NCBI GenBank assembly: GCA_000405225.1
Contig: ASMP01000002.1
Location: 70,073 to 134,072, forward strand
DNA from: Nanoarchaeota archaeon SCGC AAA011-D5
Lineage (GTDB): Archaea; Nanobdellota; Nanobdellia; Pacearchaeales; GW2011-AR1
Reading direction: 5' to 3'
Length of the DNA stretch: 64,000 nt
Positions 26,461 to 36,819 of this stretch are shown here, one piece after another; the first letter of the stretch is position 1; each line of letters opens with the position of its first letter. The notes below the pieces were generated by a model, which had not been told where the DNA came from, ran no database searches, and worked only from the letters and a program-made list of their open reading frames with translations. The translations under genes and the position numbers were made by a program.

Positions 26461-27744
26461 ATGGTCAAAATAAGCTCTATCTTAAAAGAAGTTCTCACGG
26501 AAATAAAGCCGTCTGAAAAAGAACTTGAGTACATAGAAAAAACCCTCTCAATTTACAGGAAAAAAATCAAAAGAAACATACAAACCAGAAGGATAAATGC
26601 AGAGGTTTTTGTCGGAGGGAGCACGGCAAAGGGAACACTAATAAGAAAAGACTATTATGACATAGACGTCTTCTTAAGGTTTGACAAAAAATACAAGAAT
26701 GAGGCGCTTTCAGACATTGCAGAAAAGGCCATTGCCGGAATAAAAAATACGAGAATCCACGGCTCCAGAGATTATTTCAGGATAAAGGCAGGAGGGAATC
26801 TTTTTTTTGAGATTGTTCCTGTAAGAAGGATTACAAACCCAAGAGAAGCGGAGAACGTCACAGACCTTTCTTATTCCCACGTGAATTATATAAAAAAGAA
26901 AATAAAAAGCCAAAAAATCCTTGACGAAATAAGGCTGGCGAAGGCTTTCTGCTATGCAAACAATGCCTATGGTGCAGAGTCTTATGTCAGCGGATTTTCA
27001 GGGTATGGCCTGGAATTATTGATATACTATTATAAGAGTTTTTTAAAATTGGTAAAGGAAATTGCCAAAATGAACACTGATTTTAACAATAAAATTGTCA
27101 TAGATATTGAAAAGCATCATAAAAATAGGGGCAGGGTCTTAATGGACCTTAATGAAGCAAAACTAAAATCACCGATAGTTCTCATAGATCCTACCCACAG
27201 GCAGAGAAATGTCCTGGCTGCGCTTTCCCGTGAAACACTCGAAAATTTCCAGAACGAGTGCAGGGATTTTTTGAAGAAACCAGAAAAAGAATTTTTTATC
27301 AAGAAGAGTTTCAATGTGAAAGAAAAGAAAAAATTGGCTGATGGTAAAGGTTATGATTTTGCCTCACTAAAAACAACAACCAACAAACAGGAAGGAGATA
27401 TTGCTGGAAGCAAGTTGCTGAAGTTTTACAGGCATTTGAGGAGTGAGCTGGAAAAATTTTATGATATTAAGGGAAGCGGCTTCGAATACAAAGACGGGAA
27501 AAACGCCCTGTGTTTCTTTTCTGTTAAAAGAAAGCCTTGGATTCTTGTTCAGGGACCAAAAATAGATGACAAAAATAATGTTGCCAGATTTAAATCAGCA
27601 CATAGAAAGGTCTTTACCAAAAATAGGAGATTTTATTCAAAAGAAAAAAATAACTTATCACTGAAATCTTTTGTTCAATTATGGAAAAAGAAAAATATAA
27701 AAAAACTAAAAGAAATGAGCATCAGCAAGCTAGAGATTGCTTAG
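26461..27744 (+). CDS. cca: Archaeal class I CCA-adding enzyme
   Basis: GGSTAKGT...DIDVF, GAESYVSGFSGY, LIDPT. Confidence 0.9.
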   Translation: MVKISSILKEVLTEIKPSEKELEYIEKTLSIYRKKIKRNIQTRRINAEVFVGGSTAKGTLIRKDYYDIDVFLRFDKKYKNEALSDIAEKAIAGIKNTRIHGSRDYFRIKAGGNLFFEIVPVRRITNPREAENVTDLSYSHVNYIKKKIKSQKILDEIRLAKAFCYANNAYGAESYVSGFSGYGLELLIYYYKSFLKLVKEIAKMNTDFNNKIVIDIEKHHKNRGRVLMDLNEAKLKSPIVLIDPTHRQRNVLAALSRETLENFQNECRDFLKKPEKEFFIKKSFNVKEKKKLADGKGYDFASLKTTTNKQEGDIAGSKLLKFYRHLRSELEKFYDIKGSGFEYKDGKNALCFFSVKRKPWILVQGPKIDDKNNVARFKSAHRKVFTKNRRFYSKEKNNLSLKSFVQLWKKKNIKKLKEMSISKLEIA

Positions 27745-28127
27745 AAATCCTGCACAAAGGTAACAGGACCGTAATTCCATTTTCCGAAAAATAATTTAAC
27801 CCCTCTTTCGAGGATTCTTCTTTCACCTTTATTTAAAAGTTCATCATTTATTTTCGTGTTTCCGTGGGTCGAGCAATCTTTGATGTAATAACTATTTTCT
27901 TTAGAGTCATAACCTATTACAGCCTGCCTCCTTGAGATTCCACGGATGATAAATACAGCTGCATTTGGTTCTCCTTTTTCATTTTCGCCCAGAAGAATGT
28001 CTGCGTTTTTGGCACCTGGTGTAGAATCTCTTCTTCCAATTATTAGTTCTGATTTATCATACAATAAGCTCGTTAAATCATGAACCCTGATTTTTAAACT
28101 AATTTCTATGAGCTTTGCAGGTATCAT
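27741..28127 (-). CDS. FHA domain protein
   Basis: IIGRR, ISRRQAVI, IKDCSTHGNT. Confidence 0.8.
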   Translation of the reverse strand: MIPAKLIEISLKIRVHDLTSLLYDKSELIIGRRDSTPGAKNADILLGENEKGEPNAAVFIIRGISRRQAVIGYDSKENSYYIKDCSTHGNTKINDELLNKGERRILERGVKLFFGKWNYGPVTFVQDF

Positions 28128-28160
28128 TTTTGTTCCAAAAGTTTTTCTATTTAAGCTATT

Positions 28161-28967
28161 TTATTTTTCTTCGACACCAATAGCCCTCTCAAAGAGCGTT
28201 GCAAATGCCTGGGCAAAGAACTCAGAGTTAAGCCAGATTGCAGTATCATTAGGGTCGCTGTTTTTTGACAGGTAAAAAAGTATTTCTTTTTTATCAACTA
28301 TGAAGAATTTGGCATCAACATCTACCTTCTTTATTTTTGTTCCAATGACTTTTTCAATCTTCTTTATCAGCTTTTCATCGCCGGAGAGGGCGAGCTTAAT
28401 CTTGATGTTATTTTTGTTAAGGTCTTCAAAAGTTTGCTGGAAAAGTTTGAGTTTAAAGTTTATTTCCCCGGCATTTGTGCAGATTATCACTTCCTTAGAA
28501 GCTTTCTGCAGGATTTCTTTCAGATAATTGGATATGTTTGACCTTCCTTTTATGGCTGCAGATAGGTCTTCGTGTTTTACAGGGTTCAGCCCTTCTCTGT
28601 AAAGTTTTTCAAGTTTAACGAATTCCTCAGAGGTTTTTATATTGGAAAGGCTGATTATCCTTTCTTCAGCGTCTGATCTGACATTATTTTTAAGTTTTTC
28701 AAGAATCATGTGCGGCTTTATCCCAATGTATTTTACTGGCTTCCCGAGTTTTATGATTGTAAAGCCTTTCTTTTCCAGGCTCTCAAGAACATCATAGGTT
28801 CTTGAGCGGGGAACGCGGGAAATTTCTGCAATCTCTCCGGCAGAAGCCACGCCCTTTCCAAGCAGGGCTAGCCAGACCTTTGTCTCATAAATGTTAAGAT
28901 CAAAGTAATCCTTAATCCTGCTTATCAATTCCTGTCTTACGAGCATTTTATTTATTACCTCCTTCAT
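28161..28967 (-). CDS. TrmB-family transcriptional regulator
   Basis: DLNIYETKVWLALL...VPRSRTYDVLESLEKKG. Confidence 0.9.
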   Translation of the reverse strand: MKEVINKMLVRQELISRIKDYFDLNIYETKVWLALLGKGVASAGEIAEISRVPRSRTYDVLESLEKKGFTIIKLGKPVKYIGIKPHMILEKLKNNVRSDAEERIISLSNIKTSEEFVKLEKLYREGLNPVKHEDLSAAIKGRSNISNYLKEILQKASKEVIICTNAGEINFKLKLFQQTFEDLNKNNIKIKLALSGDEKLIKKIEKVIGTKIKKVDVDAKFFIVDKKEILFYLSKNSDPNDTAIWLNSEFFAQAFATLFERAIGVEEK

Positions 28968-29706
28968 TCACAACAACTACCCGACCATAAGCAAGAGAGT
29001 TGTTCAAGTCCCAGTTGTAGGATTCTAGGACCAAGACGGTGTTCAGGTCCAACCTGGAAAGGCCAGAATCTCTTGTGTAAAGGGTTCTGTTTCCTTCACC
29101 TAATTTTGTTGGAAGTCCTGTTTTTTCATCAATGTCTTCTGAATTAAATCTCCCTCTTTCGTTTAATACAGGTGCTTCATAAACTTTAGCATTCTCCCTT
29201 AATCTGAATGTTAAACCATAATCATTATCTCCATTCGCAAGTTCAAGTCCTGTTAAAGGAACCATTACTGGATTCTTAGGACTGAATTTTATTCCCCTTG
29301 CCCTAAGTTGAGAACCAATGTCTTTCGCTAAAGGAGTATTTCTAGAAAAATCTCTGTCTTCTTCGCTTCTTAATACAAGCCCAGTATCTTCATATGTTCC
29401 TATTAAATCACAACCAATTCTAAGTGCTTTTTCAAGGTCAGCTTGTGTAGCTGTTCTTAATCCCTCTTGCCTTAAAATCTGGTTTGCAAGAACAACTGCA
29501 AAAGAGTTGCTTCCTTTTACAACGCCAGAATCATGTCTAAGAACATTTAATGCCGAAACATCTTTGTAATCAGATTTAACTCTTCCTTGATATTCTTCTA
29601 AGAAAGCTATTCCAAAATCTCCTTCAAGAAATCCTATTTGAAGTGTTTCTGTTGGATTTTCAGTTAAAGGTGTTCCTCTGAATGTTGGGAGCCTTGTTTC
29701 TGTCAT
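28948..29706 (-). CDS. DGR-target-like (CLec-fold-like) protein
   Basis: C-terminus SGLSRLDLNTVLVLESYNWDLNNSLAYGRVVVV resembles DPANN DGR variable proteins; variable-looking codons end in C. Confidence 0.55.
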   Translation of the reverse strand: MTETRLPTFRGTPLTENPTETLQIGFLEGDFGIAFLEEYQGRVKSDYKDVSALNVLRHDSGVVKGSNSFAVVLANQILRQEGLRTATQADLEKALRIGCDLIGTYEDTGLVLRSEEDRDFSRNTPLAKDIGSQLRARGIKFSPKNPVMVPLTGLELANGDNDYGLTFRLRENAKVYEAPVLNERGRFNSEDIDEKTGLPTKLGEGNRTLYTRDSGLSRLDLNTVLVLESYNWDLNNSLAYGRVVVVNEGGNK

Positions 29707-29707
29707 T

Positions 29708-29956
29708 TTAGTTTTGTAGTAGTAATTCAGTTAAATTTTCTCGATTAACAGACACTAATGCACTAAGGCCCTCGCCTGTTTCTCTTCCAAATTGCAGATG
29801 CAAGTAGATTGGACTAAGATTAAAAAGATGGTTTTGTATTTCACAAAGTGATTCTCTGTTCGGTCCTATTCTTGAAGGATTTTTTCTGCAATATTCTATG
29901 ATTGTTTGATATCTTCCAATCTCTGTTTCGAGTTTTGTTAAGTCTTTGTCTTCCAT
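29708..29956 (-). CDS. Hypothetical protein
   Basis: 82-aa ORF with own promoter, stop 1 nt before the next gene. Confidence 0.55.
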   Translation of the reverse strand: MEDKDLTKLETEIGRYQTIIEYCRKNPSRIGPNRESLCEIQNHLFNLSPIYLHLQFGRETGEGLSALVSVNRENLTELLLQN

Positions 29957-29980
29957 AGTAAAAATCCAAGAATTCTGGTA

Positions 29981-30004
29981 TTTATAAATCTTGCTATTTT
30001 GTTA
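29981..30004 (-). promoter_or_regulatory. Shared 24-bp promoter (1 mismatch)
   Basis: TAACAAAATAGCAAGATTTATAAA vs consensus TAACAAAATAGAAAGATTTATAAA. Confidence 0.75.
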
Positions 30005-30063
30005 CTTTTTGAGAGTGAGAACACCTTAAAAAGGTTTATAAATAATCTCTTTATCTGCCGAAT

Positions 30064-30843
30064 ATGGTAAGAAAAATATCTGATAAAAAAACACAATTAA
30101 TGCAAGAATTGTATGATAAAGGTTTAGATGTTGTAGAAATAGCCAGAAGAGTGAATGTTTCTTATAGCACAGCATACGGTTATACAAAATTGAAACAAAG
30201 AATTAATCCGGAAACAGGAAGGAAGTTTGAATCAATAAGTCAATTAAGGGATTACCAAGCGAGACATAGGATTAATCCGGAAACAGGACAGGCGTTTGAA
30301 TCAAGAAGTCAATATGAGGAATATAGAGCGAGACATATGTTTAATCTGGAAACAGGACAGGCGTTTGAATCAAGAAGCCAATATGAGGAATATAGAGCGA
30401 GACATAGGATTAATCCGGAAACAAGAAAGGCGTTTGAATCAAGAAGCCAATTAATGGATTACCAAGCGAGACATAGGATTAATCCGGAAACAGCCCAGGC
30501 GTTTGAATCAAGAAGTCAATATGAGGAATATAGAGCAAGACATAGAATTAATCCAGAAACAGGACAGGCGTTTGAATCAAGAAGTCAATATGAGGAATAT
30601 TTAGCTGAGCAGAGACAAAGAAGGCTAAAAAATAAAAAGCTTAGCAATTTAATAAAAAAGAGATTAAAAAAGCTTAGGAAAAACCAGTCCTGGTTATCCA
30701 GAGAAGTAGATGTTTCAAAAGAAACTGCTTCTATGTATACACATGGAAAAAGTATACCAACTGAAGAAAGATTAGAAAGATTGTTTTCTGCACTTGGTGT
30801 CAAATGCAGAACCTTGGAGGATTTATTAGAGGAAAAACACTAA
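30064..30843 (+). CDS. HTH - 23-aa repeat array - XRE HTH DNA-binding protein
   Basis: N-terminal HTH, six RINPETGxxFESxSQ repeats, C-terminal NQSWLSREVDVSKETASMYTHG XRE motif. Confidence 0.8.
   Translation: MVRKISDKKTQLMQELYDKGLDVVEIARRVNVSYSTAYGYTKLKQRINPETGRKFESISQLRDYQARHRINPETGQAFESRSQYEEYRARHMFNLETGQAFESRSQYEEYRARHRINPETRKAFESRSQLMDYQARHRINPETAQAFESRSQYEEYRARHRINPETGQAFESRSQYEEYLAEQRQRRLKNKKLSNLIKKRLKKLRKNQSWLSREVDVSKETASMYTHGKSIPTEERLERLFSALGVKCRTLEDLLEEKH
30193..30606 (+). repeat. 69-bp coding tandem repeat x6
   Basis: Six units of AGGATTAATCCGGAAACAGGACAGGCGTTTGAATCAAGAAG-type sequence. Confidence 0.95.
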
Positions 30844-31733
30844 AAAATCAGATAGCTGGCCAAAATCCCAAGGAAAATTCCTGCTGTTATGAAAGGCATT
30901 GCAGGATAAAACTTCTTTTTTTCAGCTGCAAAGAAAAGGTATGCCAGGCCAATAGTTGCTCCTGCAATCACGAATAAGGCTGGAAAAATACCAAGAGTCT
31001 TAAGCATTACTCCTGCAGTAATTATCGGGAAAACAATGTCTCCTCCGCCAAGAATCGCGACATTTACCTTAATTTTCTTCTTTTTTAACTGAGACTCGGA
31101 AAGTGTCTTTTTCCACCTGCTTATCTGCTGCCTTACTTTTTCTGAAAAGTAAGGTACAAAAAATCCAGAAAATACCTTAAGAGTGTTTATTTGGTATTTT
31201 GCCATTTTTTGCATGATTCCGGAATGCCATACAGCCCACATGTCATATATGGATATCAAAACCAGAAGCGCCATCATTGTCCATATGTTGAGCAAAGGGA
31301 CAAAAACAGAGGCAATTCCAGGATATATCAAAAGCTCTGTGAAATTATGCATGAGGAAACTTCTTCCAGATATTTTTACGATTGCAAGAGGGATTGCTAT
31401 AACAAAAGCGACAATGGCTGTCTTTACAGGAAGGATTGCAATAAAAGATATGGAAAGTGCCAGGACAATCACGACGAAGAACCAGGCCTTTAATATGAAT
31501 TTCCATTTGAACTTGGTGAGAAAAAAGAGAAGAAATACCGCAATTATGAATGCGAAGATTATTCCTGAAAATAGGCTGGCAAATTCAGAAGTTGTTTCTG
31601 GCTGCGGCGGGTCAAGCCCAAAGGGAAGAACAACATTCTCAGGCATGTAATAGCTAACAACGTAAATGCCTATGGCTTGGGTAAGAAGAAACATAGCCAG
31701 GAGAAGGGCTGTGATTTTTAAGTTGTGTTTCAT
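30840..31733 (-). CDS. Presenilin/SPP-like (A22) intramembrane aspartyl protease
   Basis: SIYDMWAV, ILGGGDIVFP, YPAMPF, multiple TM helices. Confidence 0.9.
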   Translation of the reverse strand: MKHNLKITALLLAMFLLTQAIGIYVVSYYMPENVVLPFGLDPPQPETTSEFASLFSGIIFAFIIAVFLLFFLTKFKWKFILKAWFFVVIVLALSISFIAILPVKTAIVAFVIAIPLAIVKISGRSFLMHNFTELLIYPGIASVFVPLLNIWTMMALLVLISIYDMWAVWHSGIMQKMAKYQINTLKVFSGFFVPYFSEKVRQQISRWKKTLSESQLKKKKIKVNVAILGGGDIVFPIITAGVMLKTLGIFPALFVIAGATIGLAYLFFAAEKKKFYPAMPFITAGIFLGILASYLIF

Positions 31734-31869
31734 ATTTTATAATTGGGAAAAATAGCTTTTAAAGTTTTAGTGTAGATAACTTATTTAATATTCTAATGTC
31801 ACAATTTAATCTGGAATTTTTTATTTGTTAAAATCTTATCTGCTATGCACCTATCAAAATTTATCCAAT

Positions 31870-33756
31870 TCACCTCAACCTTAAAGTTTCCAGAACCCTT
31901 GGAACATTGGTTTCAACATGGTTCAATTTGTAAAGAGCAGAGGCAAGGTCAAGGCATTTGGAAACTTCTCCGTGATTTATCATTATTCTTTTTGGTTTTG
32001 GCCGCATGTTATTGAAGAAGCTGATTATCTCGTTTCTTCCTGCATGTGCAGACAGACCAGCTATAGTGTGGACTTCCAAGTTGATTTTAACGTCTTCCTC
32101 ATGGCCCTCAAACATCATCTTTGTTTCTTTAAGGCCTTCCTGCACCTGTCTTCCAAGGGAACCAACTCCCTGGTAACAGACAAAGACTACGGAATTTTTT
32201 TCATTTCCTGCAAATTCCCTGAAATATTCAACTGAAGCACCTCCAACTAACATCCCGGAAGTCGCAAGGACAACACAGGGACCGCCTTCAATGACTTTTC
32301 TTCTTTCCTGGGGGCTTCCTACACGGGAAAATATTTCTGAAACAAACGGGTTTTGGTCCTGGAATATCGAAGCCCTGACCTTGTTGCTCAAAAAATCCGG
32401 ATATGCTGTATGAATTGCGTTTATATCCCATATCATTCCGTCTATGTAAACAGGGATATTTTTCAGCTTGCCTTCTTTTATAGCATCCTCTAATATAAGC
32501 ATTGTTTCCTGCGCTCTTCCGAGACCAAGTTCGGGAATCAGGACCTTGCCTCCGCGGTTAATCGTTTTGTTGATTATTTCCAGCATTTTTTCTTCAGACT
32601 CTATCCTTGGAGGAAGGATGTCTGTCTTAGCTCCATAAGTTGCTTCTGTCAGGACAGATTCTATTCTCGGGAAAGATGTTACGGCAGGATCGAGAAGCCT
32701 TGTCCTCGCATACTTGTAATCTGCACTGTATAAGAAATTATGGAGTCCATTTCCGATGTTAAAGTGAACCATCGCACTTCCTAGTGCATGACCGGAATTG
32801 TAAAAAGTGATTCTTATATCAGGGGCTATGTCTGTAACCTCGTTAAAATTCAAAACAACAGTGTGTTTTACCATTTCCTTGATGTCCTTGGAGGTGTATA
32901 ACGGGGTTGCCGCCTGTTTGTAAGCAACGCCGATGAAATCCAGGCAGAGAAGCGCAGCCAGGTCCACCGTTGGAGATGTCATATACACAGGGCCTTTATA
33001 TCCCATCTTGTAAATGTAAGGAAGCAGGCCCACGTGGTCGAGATGAGCGTGGCTCAAGATAATTGCATCAAGATGTCTTATGTCGAATTCAGGTATATCG
33101 AAATAAGGGAATCTGTCTTTTCCGTGCGCAGCTACGTTTACCCCACAATCTAACAGGATTTTTGAATTGGGGGTCTGTAAGAGTAAACAACTGCGGCCAA
33201 CTTCTCTGGCGCTTCCCAGCAAGGTCAATCTTACCCACTCCTCAACCTTTTCGGGATTCCACCCCTCGTAGATTTTTTCTCCTATACTGTTCAGGAATTT
33301 TCTTCTGTAGTTGGTGTTTGCATACAGGACTTCACGGATGTTTTCGGTAATCTGGCTTTTAATGGCTGGAGACCTTTGAATCTGGGGTGTCCAAAGCGTG
33401 GTTTTCTTAATTTCATCAAGTGTACTTCCCTGCTTGCCTATCACCATTCCCGGCTTCTTTGCCTCGATTATTACTATGCTCCTGTGGAAATCAAAAATTA
33501 TATTTGTTATATCGGCTTCTGCCGGGACAATTTTTGTTATTTGTTCTTTAACTTTTTCCTGGTCTTGAAGTATTTTCTGGTCTGCACGAAGTTCTATTCT
33601 CTTTTTTATTTCATTAACGAGCTCCTTTATTTTGCCCTCCCCTTCCCTGAAAAAATTCTCGTTGTCTGTGTAGAGAACTATGTTTGCGCCTTCAAAATTA
33701 GCTTCTGTTATGCTGCTGTGCAACTTATCTTTTATATGTTTCAGAATGTCTGTCAT
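31870..33756 (-). CDS. Beta-CASP ribonuclease aCPSF1 (KH + MBL)
   Basis: KH IGKQG, SHAHLDH, GHALGS, SAHAG. Confidence 0.95.
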   Translation of the reverse strand: MTDILKHIKDKLHSSITEANFEGANIVLYTDNENFFREGEGKIKELVNEIKKRIELRADQKILQDQEKVKEQITKIVPAEADITNIIFDFHRSIVIIEAKKPGMVIGKQGSTLDEIKKTTLWTPQIQRSPAIKSQITENIREVLYANTNYRRKFLNSIGEKIYEGWNPEKVEEWVRLTLLGSAREVGRSCLLLQTPNSKILLDCGVNVAAHGKDRFPYFDIPEFDIRHLDAIILSHAHLDHVGLLPYIYKMGYKGPVYMTSPTVDLAALLCLDFIGVAYKQAATPLYTSKDIKEMVKHTVVLNFNEVTDIAPDIRITFYNSGHALGSAMVHFNIGNGLHNFLYSADYKYARTRLLDPAVTSFPRIESVLTEATYGAKTDILPPRIESEEKMLEIINKTINRGGKVLIPELGLGRAQETMLILEDAIKEGKLKNIPVYIDGMIWDINAIHTAYPDFLSNKVRASIFQDQNPFVSEIFSRVGSPQERRKVIEGGPCVVLATSGMLVGGASVEYFREFAGNEKNSVVFVCYQGVGSLGRQVQEGLKETKMMFEGHEEDVKINLEVHTIAGLSAHAGRNEIISFFNNMRPKPKRIMINHGEVSKCLDLASALYKLNHVETNVPRVLETLRLR

Positions 33757-33863
33757 TTTTCGTGTTTCATTTTAATGAGTTTATTAATTGCTTAGCAAAC
33801 TGCATCATCTTGTTATAACAAGAATATGTTGAATATTAAAATAAACAATGATTTTTTTATTAA

Positions 33864-34565
33864 TTACTTGTCTTTAAAGCTTCCTATTCTAGGACTTGCT
33901 TTTTTGTTTTCGTAACTTGGTGAGATTTCTTGTTCTATAACATGAGTTATTGTATCTTTTGTTATTGTGAAAACATCAATCCCATTTCCGCTTCCAACAT
34001 CCCTCTGTGTTGAGCTCTTGACTGCTTCAATGGCAAGTTCAACGCCTTCTTTTACAGACATTCCTTTTTTGTATTGCCTCTCAAGCAACCCAAGAACAAA
34101 GGGCATACCGGAACCAAAATTAGCATCATAGTCTTCAACCTGCATTGCAGTTCCTGCCGGTTCTATAGTATAAAGTTCTGCAGAACCATCTTCATTAAAT
34201 CCTGCCACCAAAGTTCCTACAATGCTCGGTATCATTGAAGGCTGCCTTATGCTTGAATATGTTACTGCGCCTACAAGGTTTGCAGCTTGTTTTACTGTTG
34301 GTCTTGATTTTGAATGAAGCTCTTTTAGTTTTAGATGAGCCGCAATAACCTTTTTTTGCATTTCAATATCGGAAGCATTTCCTGTTCCAGACATAACCAG
34401 GTAATCGTTTATCTGGACGGCTTTCAGAACATTTTTGCTCATGACAAGATTTCCAGCTGTTGATCTTCTGTCTGCAGCCATGACTATTCCGTCTTTGCAT
34501 ACAATTCCCAATATCGTTGTTCCCGTCTTAAGAATTGAATTTTTTAGTTCGTTATCCATTTCCAT
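33864..34565 (-). CDS. psmB: Proteasome subunit beta
   Basis: Propeptide then KTG/TTILGIVCKDGIVMAADRR, RDVGSG. Confidence 0.95.
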   Translation of the reverse strand: MEMDNELKNSILKTGTTILGIVCKDGIVMAADRRSTAGNLVMSKNVLKAVQINDYLVMSGTGNASDIEMQKKVIAAHLKLKELHSKSRPTVKQAANLVGAVTYSSIRQPSMIPSIVGTLVAGFNEDGSAELYTIEPAGTAMQVEDYDANFGSGMPFVLGLLERQYKKGMSVKEGVELAIEAVKSSTQRDVGSGNGIDVFTITKDTITHVIEQEISPSYENKKASPRIGSFKDK

Positions 34566-34751
34566 TTTTATTTTCCCACATCGTTCCCATCTTTCTTCAT
34601 ATTAATCTTTTTATCCTTCTTCACCCATCCCTTCAGTAAATCCTATTTCTTGCTCCATAGTGTAATTACCTCAGAATCAACCTATAAAATCTTGGTATTT
34701 CAGTTTTATAAAGTTTTCGTTCGAAAACTTTATTGGCTAATATAGATAAAA

Positions 34752-36812
34752 CTAAATCAGTCTCTCCTCAACTATTCTAGAGATGCCGTGCTCTTTGCGG
34801 AATCGTATCACGTTTTCTACAAAGCTCTCTATTTTCGGCTCATGACTGACAATTATAAGCTGCTTAACTTCCAGCTGCCGCAAAACATCGCGCATCTTAT
34901 CGAGTTGCTGCTCTGAAAATCCGTCGGTAGGCTCGTCGAGAATGACCAAATCCTTGGTCTTTATCCTGCTCATGAGTGAATTGACCACCCGGTTCAGCGA
35001 AAGCCTGTAGGCAAGGGCTATTGCTGTTCTTTCGCCCCCGGAAAGATAAGAGTAGTCTATCTCATAATCCTGATGATATATTATAGGAGTGAATTCCTCG
35101 TCCAGGCTCACATCAAAAACATCTGAGACAAGCATAGAGAACCATTCTGCAAACAACCTTGAGAACTCTGATTTCAGTCTCACCATTACATTTTTCTCTG
35201 TGAAAGAAATCAGAGAGACGAAGTTTCCTGAAAACCATTCTTCCAGTTTCGTTATGATTTCCATCTTTTCTCTTATTTCCTCTGTCTTTTTGATTCTGGC
35301 TTTTAAGTCTTCTATCTGGCGAGAGAATACTTCTATCTCTTTTTTCAGCTCTGCGACTTTTATCTCTGCTATTCTTTCCTGCTTTATTGCTTCTTTGAGT
35401 TCTTTGTCTTTCAATTCAAGAACAGTTTCAAATTTTTTCATTTCAAAAACACTCTTAGTGAGGTTTTCCGCGTGCTGCTCCAAAAGAACTATGTCTTTCC
35501 TGAGAATCTCGCTGGATTTTTCCATCTCCGCAAGCCCTGCTCTTTTGCCGTCTATTTCCTGAAATCTCATTTTTTGCATCCTTAACTCTGAAAGCCTTTT
35601 TTCTTCTGCAGAGATGTCTGCTTCTATTTTTTTCATATCTTCCAGGATCTTTTTCTTTTCAGAGGCCAGAGACTCTATTTTTTTCAGATTTTCCGTTGTT
35701 TCTGAATCAATGTTATTTAAGACATTTGTTTTGTAAACAGGGCCAACATTCTGCAGGCATATTGGGCATATCTCTATGTGTTTTAACTGCTCTTTTATCT
35801 TCCTGATGTCCTGGTTTTTTAGATTAAGGGAGTTTATCTGTGAGGTGATTTTTATGTTTTCCTCGTTCAGCTTTTCTTTTTCTGCTTTCTTGAACTGCAT
35901 CTTTAATTCTGCTTCCTTTATTTTGGTTTCATCAAATTTTAGGCTTTCCAGATCTTTTATCTGAATTTTCAGCTGCTCAAGGGTTTTTTCGTTATTCAAG
36001 AGGGTTTCTTTTTTGTTTGCAGAGACAATTTTTGTCTTTTCTATTTCCTGCTGCAGTTTTCTCCTTTCCTCTGTCTTTTTTAAGACCTCGTCTCTTTCTT
36101 CCTGTGCATGCCCCATTTCCTCTGTCCTTAGAAAGAGCTCTTTTTCTACAGAAGAAAGATTCAGATGTTTTCCTTCAAGTTCTTCTTCTTTGGAGAGAAG
36201 GGATTCTTTGTCTTCTTCAAGATTTGCAATCTGGCCTTCTTTCAGTCTTTTTTCCTCACGAAACTTTGAGGCAACTATAGACACATTCTCAATTATCACT
36301 TTGTATTTGTCTATCCCAAAAACATGCCTTAGAGAGTTTATCCTTGTTTCAGGATCTTCAAGAATAATCTGCTTCATCTCTTCCTGCGGAGTGTAAACTG
36401 TGAATTTGTAGAGGATATTCTGTTTTTTTGAAAACTCTTTAGGATAGCTTAGGATTTCGAGGACCTTGTCTTTCAGTTCTGTGACGGACAGCTCTTTTTT
36501 TCTCCCTTCTAGTGTTATAGAGCAGTAATCCTGAGAAACCGCTTTTCCCTTTTTCAGTTTCCTTTCAATTATAATCTCTTTTCCATCAACATCCAGACGG
36601 AGGACAACCCCTCCTTCACTGGTTCCGTTTCTCAGAAGAGCAGTTCCCCTCTGTCCTGGTTGCAGTCCAAAAAGCGCAAACTCTATCCCAAGGAGTATGG
36701 ATGTTTTTCCTGAGCCTATGTCTCCTGAAAGAAGCGTGGACCCCTCTGGAAAAGATACTTCCTGATTTTCATAACTTCTGATATTGTTGAGGATTATTTT
36801 TTTAATTATCAT
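34752..36812 (-). CDS. rad50: Rad50 / SMC-like ATPase
   Basis: GDIGSGKT, CPIC zinc hook, LSGGE, LDEPT; real start MIIKKI at 36812 (ORF track 36911). Confidence 0.95.
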   Translation of the reverse strand: MIIKKIILNNIRSYENQEVSFPEGSTLLSGDIGSGKTSILLGIEFALFGLQPGQRGTALLRNGTSEGGVVLRLDVDGKEIIIERKLKKGKAVSQDYCSITLEGRKKELSVTELKDKVLEILSYPKEFSKKQNILYKFTVYTPQEEMKQIILEDPETRINSLRHVFGIDKYKVIIENVSIVASKFREEKRLKEGQIANLEEDKESLLSKEEELEGKHLNLSSVEKELFLRTEEMGHAQEERDEVLKKTEERRKLQQEIEKTKIVSANKKETLLNNEKTLEQLKIQIKDLESLKFDETKIKEAELKMQFKKAEKEKLNEENIKITSQINSLNLKNQDIRKIKEQLKHIEICPICLQNVGPVYKTNVLNNIDSETTENLKKIESLASEKKKILEDMKKIEADISAEEKRLSELRMQKMRFQEIDGKRAGLAEMEKSSEILRKDIVLLEQHAENLTKSVFEMKKFETVLELKDKELKEAIKQERIAEIKVAELKKEIEVFSRQIEDLKARIKKTEEIREKMEIITKLEEWFSGNFVSLISFTEKNVMVRLKSEFSRLFAEWFSMLVSDVFDVSLDEEFTPIIYHQDYEIDYSYLSGGERTAIALAYRLSLNRVVNSLMSRIKTKDLVILDEPTDGFSEQQLDKMRDVLRQLEVKQLIIVSHEPKIESFVENVIRFRKEHGISRIVEERLI

Positions 36813-36819
36813 TGCCCAA

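Noticed and set aside
28975-29075. Second VR of the TR at 38087-38183
   Set aside because: It does not align to that TR with adenine-only mismatches, so it cannot be its target.
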